The translations under genes and the position numbers were made by a program. Below, one piece after another: positions 44,259 through 56,250 of a stretch of DNA of 64,000 nucleotides. The stretch covers positions 46,252,001 through 46,316,000 of the forward strand of contig CM060732.1 of assembly GCA_030704615.1 (NCBI GenBank), given 5' to 3'. The notes beneath the pieces were generated by a model that did not search any database, was not told the DNA's origin, and saw only the letters and a program-made list of their open reading frames with translations. The DNA is from Takakia lepidozioides (Eukaryota; Plantae; Bryophyta). Position 1 is the first letter of the stretch, and each line of letters opens with the position of its first letter.

Positions 44259-47200
44259 TCACCAGAAATCCCCACAAGAACACACCCCATTCTTGAAGTG
44301 ATGGAAGCGGCTAGCATCCCTTGCAACTATTTCCCGTTCAGCAATCTTAGAGATGAACTTGGTGACTGTGTGGCAGTCACCACACACGCGAAGGTTCTTG
44401 TTGATGCGGAGAGCTGTACCAGGTGGTGTATTCATCAGCCCCAAAGCAATGGCAAGCTTTTCACTGTGGTGGCAAAGAGACTGCTCCTTCTGCTGCTGAT
44501 TGACATCGCACAACACACAATCATGTCGGGCACATATCCAGCATCTTTCATCTGCCAGTTCAAGCTCTCCAATGCAGCATATATCTCCTCTGTCTGTGGA
44601 TGTGATCTATCTTCGACAACGAATGAATGCACCCTGTTCTGGACCTCGATCCAGCTGCGTCCTGGCTCCTTCTTCACCCCTCTGTCCTCCATCACTCCTC
44701 TCACCTTTGCTACATCACCCCATCTTCCAGTTGCAGCATAGATGTTTGATAGCAGCACATACACAGTGGAGTCTTCGGGTTCCAACTTGAGAATGCATTC
44801 AGCGACACGTTCTGCTAGCTCCACATTGCCATGAACTCGGCAGGCAGCAAGCAGGGGCCGCCATACTGAAGCCGGTGGTTCAAATGGCATTCTGTTGATG
44901 ACATCTTCTGCCTCAGTCAGGAGGCCTGCACGGCCTAGAAGGTCAACCAAGCAACCATAATGTTTTTCTGTTTGTGTGATGCCATGGTCTGCACTCATGG
45001 AACAGAAGTAGTGTTGGCCTTCCTGCACGAGGCCGGCGTGGCTGCATGCAGAGAGAACCCCAATGAATGTGACCTGGTTTGGCAGCAATCCCTCCTGCTG
45101 CATCTGTTGAAAGCATTGGAGTGCCTCCTTGCTACGCCCATGCTGGGCATATCCTACAATCATTGCAGTCCATGAGACTACATCTCGTTTAAGCAATCTG
45201 TCAAACACTTGCTGTGCATCCACCACACTCCCACACTTGACGTACATGTCAATAAGAGCATTTCCCACAAGGATATCTGTCTCAAATCCAACTTCAAGAA
45301 TCTTGGCTTGCACACGCTTGCCCTCTTCAAGGGCTGCTAGGTTGGCACATGCATTCAGAATGCAAGTGAAAGTGATCTTGTCACTCTTTACACGTTCTCG
45401 TTGCATTTGCCAAAAGAGTTTGAATGCCTCTTGCTCATGCCCTTGCTGAGCATATCCTGCAATCATGGCATTCCATGTGACCACATCTCGTTCAGACATC
45501 TTCTCGAATTCTTGGTGCGCCTCCACCACACTTCCACACCTGGCATACATGCTCACAAGGGCATTCCCCACACACACATCTGACTGTAATCCCTCTTTAA
45601 TAATGTGTGCATGGACACGTTTGCCCTCTTCCAGGGCTGCTAGGTTGGCGCATGCCTTGAGGATGCTAATTAAGGTGACCTTGTTTGGCTTCATGCCTTC
45701 TTGCTGCATCTGCCAAAAGACTTCAAATGCCTCCTTAACAAGCCCATGCTGAGCATAGCTTGTGATCATGGCAGTCCAGGAGATAACATCACGATTTTGC
45801 ATTTGTTCAAACACTCGTCGTGCTTGAACCAAACTCCCAGTCTTGCCATACATGCTGACAAGAGCATTTGCCACTGAGATATCTGATTCCAATTCATTTT
45901 TGGTGATACAGGCATGGAGTGACTTGCCCTGTTCCAACCATACCGGGTTGTCACATGCATTGAGGATGCTAATAAAGGTGACCACGTTTGGCTTCAGGCC
46001 TTCTTGTTGCATCTGTCTGAAAAGATTGAATGCCTCTTCACTGAACCCTTGCTGAGCATATCCTGCAACCATTGCATTCCATGACACTAAATCCCGTTTA
46101 GGTATGCTGTCAAACACTTTGCGCGCTTCTGCTAAACTCCTACAATTGGAATACATACTTATGAGGGCAGTCCCAACACGGACATCTGTTTCAAACCCAG
46201 CTTTGATGATGTGGGCATGAACTTGCTTGCCCCGTTCCAAGACTGATTGGTTGGCAGAAGCATTGAGAATGCTAATGAAGGTGAACTTGTTTGGATTGAC
46301 ACCTTCTTGTTCCATGTTGTGAAAGAATTCAAATGCCTCTTCAACACGCCCTTGTTGAGCAAGTCCTGCAATCATTGCAGTCCATGAAATCACAGTTCGT
46401 GTGGGCAGTTTGTTGAACATTTCTTGCGCATCCACCAAACTCCCACATTTGGCATACATGCTGACGAGGGCATTCCCTACACGGATATCTAACTCAAATC
46501 CAGCTTTGATTATTTGGGCATGGACCCACTTCCCCTGTACCAGAGCTGCTGGGCTGCCACATGTGTTAAGGATCGGAAGGAAAGTGACTATGTCAGGCTT
46601 CATGCCTTCTTGTTGCATTTCCCGAAAGATCTCAATTGCCTCTTTACCATAGCCTTGCTGACCAAATCCTGCAATCATTGCAGTCCATGACACCACATCT
46701 CGTTTCCTCATTTTCTCAAATAATTTGCGTGCATCATTCACACTTCCACACTTCACATACATTCTGAGGAGAGAATTCCCCACAAAAAGATCAGTCTCAT
46801 ATCCACTCCTGGTGATGTGGGCATGGACCTGCTTGCCCTGTTCCAATGTTACTGGACTCGTACAGGCGGCAAGAATGCTAGTGAAGGTGACCTTATCTGG
46901 CTTCACGCCTTCTTGTTGCATTTGCAAAAAATGCTCAAAAGCATTCTCACTGAGACCATGTTGGGCACATCCTGCAATCATTGCATTCCATGAAAAGACC
47001 CCTCGTTTTGGCATTTGGTCAAAGACTTGTCGAGCTTCGACCACATTTCCACACCTGGCATACATTCTGATAAGAGAATTTGCAACAAACACATCTCGCC
47101 CAAATCCAGCTTTGATGATGAGAGAATGGATCCACTTGCCCTCTTTCAAGGCTAGTGGACTGGCACATGCATTGAGGATGCTAGTAAAGGTGACATTGTC

Positions 47201-48058
47201 TGGGTGAACGGGTTCCTGTTGCATCTGCTGAAAGAGTTCCAATGCCAGTCCACCAAAGCCATGTTGAGTATATCCTGTGATCATGGCATTCCATGAGACG
47301 ACATCTCTGTTAGGCATTTTGTTGAAAACTTGTTGTGCATCCACCAGGCTCTTGCACCTGACATACATACTAATGACGGCATTCGCCACATGGACATTTG
47401 CCTCAAATCCACTCCATATGATGTGCGCATGGGTCTCCCTGCCCTTTTCCAGGGCTGAAGGGCTAGCACATGCATTAAGAATGCTAGCAAAGGTGAACTT
47501 ATTTGTTGTCACACCTTCCTGTTGCATTTTTCTGAAGAGTTCAAATGCCTCATCATCATGCCTTCGATGAGCATATCCTGCAATCATCGCATTCCAGGAG
47601 ACAACATCTCGGTTAGGCATTTGGTTGAACACTTGGCGTGCATCTTCAACGCTCCAGCACTTCGTATACATGCTGATAAGGGTGTTCCCTAGGAAGATGT
47701 CTGGTTCAAATCCACTTTTGATCATGTGGGCGTGGACCTGCTTGCCATGTATCAGCGATTTCAGTTTGGCACACTCCTGCAAGAGACAAACATAATTGTC
47801 GGAGCTTGCTGGAATACCGCGTTGGTCCATAAGATCCAAATTGCACACCGCCTCCTTCAACCGTCCCTCCTTACACAGTGAGCTCACATTCTCACCAATG
47901 CCACTGGATTCCTCGTTGCCTCCTTCCCTCTTCCGTTTGACTCTTTGATTTCCAGTGAAATTAGATCGAAATTGGCATAGCACTCGTGCAGAGCAGACTA
48001 GCATCCGGTTACAGGGAACTGAGGGCTGATTTAAGGTTGACATCATACTACAGAGCAT
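44259..48058 (-). CDS. Very long PLS-class PPR protein (~29 motifs, E1/E2) with the DYW domain separated by a frameshift
   Basis: Nine L-S-P triplets plus L2/S2/E and PG box [11 protein letters not shown]. After GYVPDM the frame shifts (~44516-44521); HHSEKLA, CGDCH and terminal DFW lie in ORF 44259-44516. First in-frame ATG is at 48058; an upstream exon is possible. Confidence 0.9.
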
Positions 48059-51000
48059 GATGCTGATATCAGCATTAAAGCTGCAGCCCTTTATATTGCG
48101 CAGATATGATAGGTGTGCAGTGGTAGCATTGCCACTCACGCTGTTGTATCGAAAAGGCTTGCGGTAAAAGTACAAGAATGTTCACGTTTCCGAACAACAA
48201 GTGGAAACCTAAAACACTTTTGCACAATCTACTAACCTCCTCCTCCTCCTCTGCCTCATATTTCTCAACACCCATCTCCACGACCTCCTCGTAAAATTAA
48301 GAATGACCACTTGCAGGTTCCAATCTATGCTAGCGTTGGCAATGCAAACGCAAAAGAACACCGCTGTACGCCGCCCTTCTTGGTGTTCTTTTGCGAAAAC
48401 CTGACCAACAAAATCGATATGGTACGTGGAGACGGGATAGCAGAACACCCTGATGAAGAAAGCTGGCCTACTCACGAACCAGAGGAACAACCACACAGTG
48501 ACGATAACAGGAACAAGAAGCCGCCACCACAACAATCTTGGGACGCACTTCCTACCTCGCAGACAGTCATGCCGCCACCTTACATCCCCAAGAGATACAG
48601 CAAGTACAAGAACTGACGAAATTGTGCGGACACAATTTAAAAGAGGGGGGAGGGAATAAATGATAACGGCTATGCTACCAGGGATAGACAACGAGGGTCG
48701 CAACGGGACATACTAGGTAGTGATGGATGTACACCCCGACAGTAACCATTGTGATGGGATGCCCAAGTTTTTATATTGGCAGTTACTTGTACCGCATGTT
48801 CATGACAATGAGGGGAAGCTGGCAGCGCTATGAGAGTATTGAAAAAGATACTCACTGGGAATTACCCAAATTCCAGCCACCAAAGAGAGTCACAGGCACT
48901 TCAACATACATGAATAGGCCACTTTATGCTGAAGCATGGCGCAAGGCGAAGGACCACTTTTCACCATTAGTATTGGACAGAGACCACCCTTTCAGAGAAA
49001 GGGGGGTCCAAGCTGTTAACTGGTTAATGGGCAGCAGGGCAACAAAACACATTATACCCTGGACCAAGGAGGAGCTTCCTCAATTCAAGAACTCAGCATG
49101 AAAGAGGCCACGACGACTATGAACGTATCGCAACGTACATTGTAATCCGCCACCTAGCAAGGCACAGGACTACATCAGATCTGCATGTCTAGGCAAATTC
49201 AATCCACGCAAGAAGTTGAGTAGTACAGGCCGTGTTGGAGATTCCAAGCATGTTCAAAAGAGGGGCTTAATCAGTCTACAAAGTATATCAAGAGCCGGCC
49301 AGTCTCTTCCATAGCCATGCTGATCTCTGGAAGAGTTAACACTCTTCACAGATACAAACAATCTTGGAGCAGCCGCATCCTCAAAGCGAGCCCCGTGCTG
49401 AAAGAGTAGGATCATACCCTCGACTCAGCTACCCACAATGCATTCTGCGCCATTCCTTTGACTACTACTGCAGGCCACTTGTCTCCTCTCACTTTCCTCT
49501 ATGTCAGATCTTCCCATATGGATGAAACAGCCAGGTACATATGGACGGCAGCCACATGGATGACTAAAGCGGACTTAGGTTTAACACAAGAAATACTCCT
49601 TCCCGTGTTACAACGCTTGGCCCCTCCCTTCTCCGGAGCAACTTTTGTCATCTTCACCTTGTCATATCCGTCTGGTTACTCTTCGCTCTCTCTGTGCTAC
49701 AAAGCGCCTCTCCAGGAGTGTGAGGGCAATTTTGAATCCAACAACAAATGTGGGGCCACTAAACTACTTTGGTTTAGCTTTTAATCATTTGATGTCCTTG
49801 CAATGTGTTCTTTGGCCAATGGCACCCTGCAGCCGTAATATATAAAGTCTACATTAAGGCTGAATTGAGACGTCTGCTCGCATATGGGCGATACACTAGT
49901 CTTAGGTGTTTCAGGCACTTTTAAGTTGTAGTGAGTGAGGTCGAAACAAGTGTTTTGTCTAAAGAGTCGACAATTGTATTCTCCTTGGTGGCAGATTTGT
50001 ATTCTGCTTTGCAGGTGAAAGCATCCGATGTGCATGTAGACTGATCCTTCTTCTTCTCTTCTTCATTTCTTTACATTGCTTTTGATGGGTGATCCGATAG
50101 GGGTCTTCTAATTGTCCGCTGGGGAAACCTTAATGGCCTGCTTCGGTTTGTAGCCTAAACAATGGTATTGAAGGATTTTTACAGTCAAGCTGTGCTGGGC
50201 TATCGAGCCATTCGTCAAGGGAAATTCCCCCAGGCTGGAGGTGGTGGAAATTGCCGGTCAAAAACTGCGGCCTTCTCTGGGAATTTAGTGTTTTCGGGGT
50301 ATTAGGGAGGTAAGTTTGGCGTCAGGTTCTTCCTTATTTGAGTGCAAAACTGTAACCAAGGTGATCCCCATGCTTGAGGAAAATGGGATGGTCCTCAAGA
50401 CTTGCATGTGCATCAGTCTTCTGTATACTCTGAATTGATAACCCCATGGCTTTATATGGGCATGGCAGGGAGGAGCACAGAAGGCGTGAACCAAAGAAGC
50501 CCCCATTCAAGTTTTTGGTGCCTTTGATATATGCTCCTGTTCTTCCTCTAAGTACGCAATGAGTATGGTGTTGTAGGTCTTGCAACTCTGTATATTGTTG
50601 CACAGCCTCACTATATACTTCGGTAATGGTAAACGGTAGGTGTTATTGTGCAGCAGTGTTGCTATTTTGGCCTTAAGTGTAGTGTGTGTAATGGTTTTGT
50701 GATTTACTGAGGACTTTCATGTGCAGTTAGGATTGGATTGCGGACCCAGCCTGTTTTGCGGGATCGGCTTTTTGGAGGGGTGCTGGCGGCAGCCCTTTTG
50801 CATGGAGGCTACCTTGTGTATCCTCATTGCTGTCACTACTCTCCTTGATGGGGTGGTCTGATAACTTATACTGTTTGTTTGGTTGTACAGTGTGCTTCAT
50901 GTGGTGATTCAGAGCATTCATTTCATCTCACTTCTACTGCAAAGGTACACTTGTGGGTTTAATCCCACAACCCACTCCAGAGGGTTTGTATCCCTGGGGA

Positions 51001-52559
51001 CTTATAACCTCACAATCTTGCCATCAACATCAGGCAAATATATCTGCTTGTATGTAGGATAGTTACAAAGTCTGCTGGCATTTTGGTGCCAGCTATTTGC
51101 AAACGTTGTAAGGCACCCTTCTGGCAGAAGCTCACATGGGCACAGGCCTTCATTGAGGAGGCTCTTTGTTACCCACCTTAAGGACAATGCCGGTGGGGAG
51201 AAGCAATCTGATATTGCAGATTGATCTATTTTTTCCTAGTCAAGTGAGCTTTTCTTTGTAATCGATACAGCTCTCTGCATAATGGGTTTTTGGGTTGTAT
51301 GTGGAAGGTTTGCACACGAGGGTTGGTTTGATGATGCAAGATCCTTATGGCATCCTTAACTGCTATCATACAGCACTGAGCTGTACGACTCCGAGAGCAA
51401 GTAGGGGTTTCTTTGCGGACTTCGACTGGCACTAAAAGTGTTGTATATTTTTTTCAAGCATAATGAAGTGAGTACGACCTAAAAAATTCTGTTATTTTGT
51501 AAGCACATATTCAGTTAGGTGTCTGTTGGTAGGAATCTCAGGAACAAGTGTCAGCCCTGCCACTGACAACTCTGCCTGACATTGTTGAACTGTATGTGTG
51601 TATTTACCATGATAGGATTTCACTTCTGTCACATCCTTCCTTGCTTTGCATGATTGAATTTTAAAGAATCACACCACTTTACAACTCAATTTCGGTTGGT
51701 GCTACTGTCACTACAGCTGTGGAACTTTACTAAAGCACGAGGAGATGAAAAACAGTCAGTGGTGTCGATGTGCATTTCCCATTACTAGCTTATTCAAGAT
51801 CACGCATAGATTGGCACTTGACTTGAGCAATGCAAATTACAGGTAGCATTTCTTCATAGGCTACGACTGCGGCTTGTCATGCGTTCAGTTTCCTACTTTT
51901 CAACCTGTGAACATTAGTAGCTTTCCACTGTCAGTAACCTCCAATGTTCACACTGACAGTCCTATCAGGTGGCCAAGAATTTCCCTGCAATGTGATGGGA
52001 ATCCACAGATATTCGAGCGTGCAGGGAGAGAAGGTGTCTTTGTGAATGCTTGGTTTGCTGCCATTGGGCTTCTACATTCATGATCATTGATGAGAACATG
52101 GCTGTGAAGTTGTTTGGCAGTTTCCTGCATTCTAAGTCATCAACCTGAGGAGAAATGAATCCTTGTGATTTATGGACACAATGCTGCAGGCATTAATGCA
52201 GATATCTCTCTAATTTACTTGGTGAAGAGGTCAATCTTTTGAGGATAGGGTCAAGTAGTGGCATCTGCTTAGCGTATCTCCACAAAGCAAGTGTACTCAT
52301 ACTAGTCCAAAGACACCCAGAAATTTGAATTTTACTCCTCAATAACATCATTGGCACTGTTTGAAAACTGCCACTTGGCTAGTATGACTCTTTTGTCTCA
52401 CTTGACAATCTCTAATGAGTATGTCTCTTTTACAACATCCTCATCAACAATGGCACAAACAAAAGCACCAGGAAAATATGACTCTCTCCTGGTCACCACC
52501 TTTTCAGCCCAAAGGTTAATCCTGGTGAGGTAAGGACTAGCAGATGTAAGTGACTTGAT

Positions 52560-52584
52560 CTCTCTCTCTCTCTCTCTCTCTCTC
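52560..52584. repeat. (CT)n microsatellite
   Basis: Directly visible. Confidence 0.9.
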
Positions 52585-52652
52585 ACTGCGGCAAACAAAA
52601 TCATATGAGTACATTCTCTCTCTCCATGTAGAATGGTTGAGATGTGCACCCC

Positions 52653-54540
52653 TCACTCCTTGCCACCTCCAAACAGGGCTTTCAAGCTCCAGCTGCTTGC
52701 CTTTTCCGATTTGTCCTTATTGTCTGCTTTGTCCTTTCCAATGACCTTGGCCAACATTTTCTCAAGCCCCCATTGTTCCCGATCACCAGTGTCCCCGAGT
52801 CCCTGGTTGATCACGGATGACTGTTGTTTGCTGCCAGATTGGCCGGTAGCGTCATCAAGGCCTCCTTCTCCTTTGGGACCTGCCAATCCGACCAAAGCTT
52901 TTAAGGGCAAGAAGAGGGGAGATATATTTTGTTTGTCTACCAAAGGCCTACAGGGGCCCACAGACTACAGAAAAGGACGCAAAGGAACTTTATGACCTCC
53001 ACAGTAAACCCGGATAGCTATAGGGTAAGAACACATACCAATAGGATTCATCATGTGCCCAATTTGACCATCCTTGTACTCATAAACTGCAAGGCCAATT
53101 GGTCCTGAAAGAAATGGCCTCACCTGTACAACTTCACTTCTTAGAATGGTCACAGTAAATACAAGGCACACATGTCATTCCATAGCCTCTGCTACAAAGG
53201 CTGGAGAAAAGTGAAATGTGACCCATTGGTAGCATTACACAGTACATGCACAGTACATGAACTGGACCCCCAGGCAGGATCCTTGGAAGATCCAGGTGAC
53301 GCAAACATGGGGAAACACCACCTAGAATTAACAGGTGACGTCTGTGTGTCCCATGCTCTCTCTATCCAAAGAGGGCAGTTTTGGCCACAAGGCTAAAACA
53401 GGAAACACACACTCCTCAAAACATTACCCTTCCTTCCCACAAGTGGCAGCAATTTACACAAAGTCACATCACAGATACACACACACACACACACACACAC
53501 ACGATAGCATCTATTCTCCGCTTGAGCATGCACCAAGTGGGTGGATCTCACTGTCCTTCTCTCTCTCCTGTCTCCCTTGCAGTCCCCTTATTACATTATG
53601 AAAGCATAATGTACTGCAGAGGCAAGAGCAGAGAGTACACGTACATTAATCACGAACTCAGTATGCTCAGGGGAGGCGCGAATGTCATTCATGTTTAGAT
53701 AGCTATCATACCGCTCCCAGAAATGGATAACGTTCTTCTCAAATGCATCCACATTGCACTCAAAGCCTTGGATGCCAGATTTCTTGTCCTTCTGCTGAGC
53801 TCAGTGCCACAACAAATTGATCCATGTGGACTTAATTATAGCACTCAAACCAGCAATCGCGCCAGTACAGAACCAGCCTTGCAGCATAAACATTCTGGAA
53901 TGAACTGACGTGCAATTATAAGAAACGCTTAGCCATACGCCAAATGCTTTAACCTTCAGGTCATAGACTCCAGGGTTTCTAACCCAGGACATATGCCATG
54001 GAGCTCTCACGCCAACGATAACAGAAATATAATCCATTCTTCCTTGTCTGAAAAGCCCATGGGACATTGAGTTGCCAGTGCAAGGATAGACAGTAAATGC
54101 TGGAAATTTACACTCGGACAGGCCCGCACTCACACAACAACAGTATTCAATGCACCGGGGAAAAGTCTTACCTTCTTCTCTAATGCCCATTCCAGAATTT
54201 GCTTACACAAGGAAGTCACTTGCTCTTCATTTCCTTCCTCAATTTTCAAGGTGGAACTCAGCACATAGCTCCTTCCAGTCGATACTCTCTTCGCCGCTTC
54301 CACCCGCAACCCAGCAGACTGCCGGCGGCTGGCGACCGCTGATCCCTCCTCACGCCACACAAACCTCGACCCCAGATGACCCTTCTGGGAGAACCCATCT
54401 CCTTTCAGCAACACCAAATGGGTGCCACATATTCTCGCAACGCTGCTGCTGGCGTGTGTGGCAAATCCACAGGAAGGAGCCGAGTGAGAGCTAATTTCAG
54501 GCAGAGACAGTCTCAGAGACCGGTGGCAACAGCTTGCCAT
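52653..54540 (-). CDS. Putative plastid-targeted protein with an ABM-like (dimeric alpha/beta barrel) domain. Exons 54540-54172, 53791-53645, 53123-53039, 52879-52653.
   Basis: Ser/Arg-rich transit-like N-terminus. Spliced core ...LCKQILEWALEKKKDKKSGIQGFECNVDAFEKNVIHFWERYDSYLNMNDIRASPEHTEFVINVRPFLSGP...GPKGEGGLDDATG. Introns are GT-AG and phase-consistent. The FWERY...SPEH..F pattern suggests the ABM fold (inference). Confidence 0.75.
53477..53502. repeat. (CA)n microsatellite
   Basis: Directly visible, intronic. Confidence 0.9.
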
Positions 54541-56250
54541 TGCATGAAGGAGAGAAACTACCCCCTGATCCTTGTGTAGTACTTGTTCTTCAAACTGGCC
54601 TCGATGAGCTCATCGTCAGTCCCAAACAGCAAGCTCCCAAACAACAGCCTTTCCCCTGGAGCATGCAGCGAGGGAGACAAGCTACACAGACAGATAAGGC
54701 TTTTCCTGCAGTAATAACTGTAGTAAAACGTTAAAAACATTTCACCGGATAGATATCTGTTCATCACGCTCATCCATCCATTGGATTTCTGGATGAATGA
54801 AAGATTGTGGCGCCAAAATTAGCGAGCCTGTCGTAACGAGGCTGCGCGCCGAGGCAGTAGGCCTCTCGTCTTCGATTTTGGTTCGAAAGAAACTGGAGAT
54901 GGCGCTCCGATCTTGGCCAAGGTGGCGTTTTGCAAGGAAAATCTGTATTCTTCATCTGCAATACGGGAAAATCTACATCTGCATCTGATTTTTCTGCATT
55001 ATGCAATTTTTTTCGTGCGTTTGGGATGTGAGGAGAAATGAAATGAAATGGTGCTTTATAGAGAAAAGCTGTTGCCAGTCATCTGCAGATTGCAGGCCTG
55101 TTTTTGACAATTGCGCCATCGTCTCCTTCGCTTCTCATACAGGTACGCTTCTTACAGTTGAATGCAATGTATATATATGCTGTGCAGTCTCATGTGAGAT
55201 GGATGGCTTTTGGCCAGCTGGACGTAGTTTCTGTTGATAATTACCAGCCTTTATTTTTGCATGCGGGGAGTATCTAGGCTCATGAAGTCTCCGGAAATCG
55301 GTGGAATGCGGCAACAACAACGAAGGTATTTGTTGCTTGTGGCTACGTGCGTGACTCTTTTTACCTTCCGTTGCTAAATTATTCCTTCAATATTGAGTTG
55401 CTCTCGGGAAGCCGAGCTTTGTCATTCCAGGTCTGTGCACAAGTCTTCAGGGGATGTTTGAAATTTAGATTAACTTGACGAATGTTTCCATGCGGAGTCC
55501 TGAAAAGTGTCTTGAAACCTTCGCCAATTCTTGTTAAGAAAGTCTGGGAGTATGTGAGAACTTGATCAATCCTTCCATGTTGAGATTTTGAAAGAGGAAC
55601 TGAAGCTTTACGAGTTTTTCAATGCTGATCTCTGGGACGGTGTGGGACCAAATACACAGGATTTGTGACGAAAATAATGGGAAGATCTTTGTGTTGTGCC
55701 AGATTATGATGCATGCATTTTGCAGTTGTAGGAACCTTATGGAAGGAAGCCCTGAGCGTGCCTCAACCTCATTTCCATTTTCAACTCCTAGGAGCACGTC
55801 AATGTGGATTCGACAGCAGCATGGATTCCGTAATGCGCTCTCGAAGTTGGTCTGTCAACCTATGGCTATGATCATCCCATCACCGACAATCAATATTGAA
55901 GTCAAGTCACAATGTAAGTTCCTCTCATTGTTTGTGATATGTTTCGGCGCTGCCCCAGGTCCAAATAGGAGAAAAGGGATAACTATGGCTGATGAGCTCC
56001 TGTATATGACACATCGTGTTCACATAGAGGAAAGACTCTTGAGGGTGGTTCTTTTGCTGCTGAATCTGTGCCTCACAATTACAAACAGTGAAATTTGTGA
56101 AGAGTTTAGCTCTGTTTGTCTCTCTCATCAAGACTGCAATTTACTGTATTTTGTGTCCTTACAAGAGTAATCAACTGTTCAGAGCAATGGGTGTTGACAT
56201 TTCTAACCCTTGCTTAAATTTTTCACTTTACTGTTGGAAGCATTAGTGCT

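Noticed and set aside
55534-56170. 182-aa ORF upstream of RDR
   Set aside because: No homology recognised; most likely 5' UTR or intron sequence.
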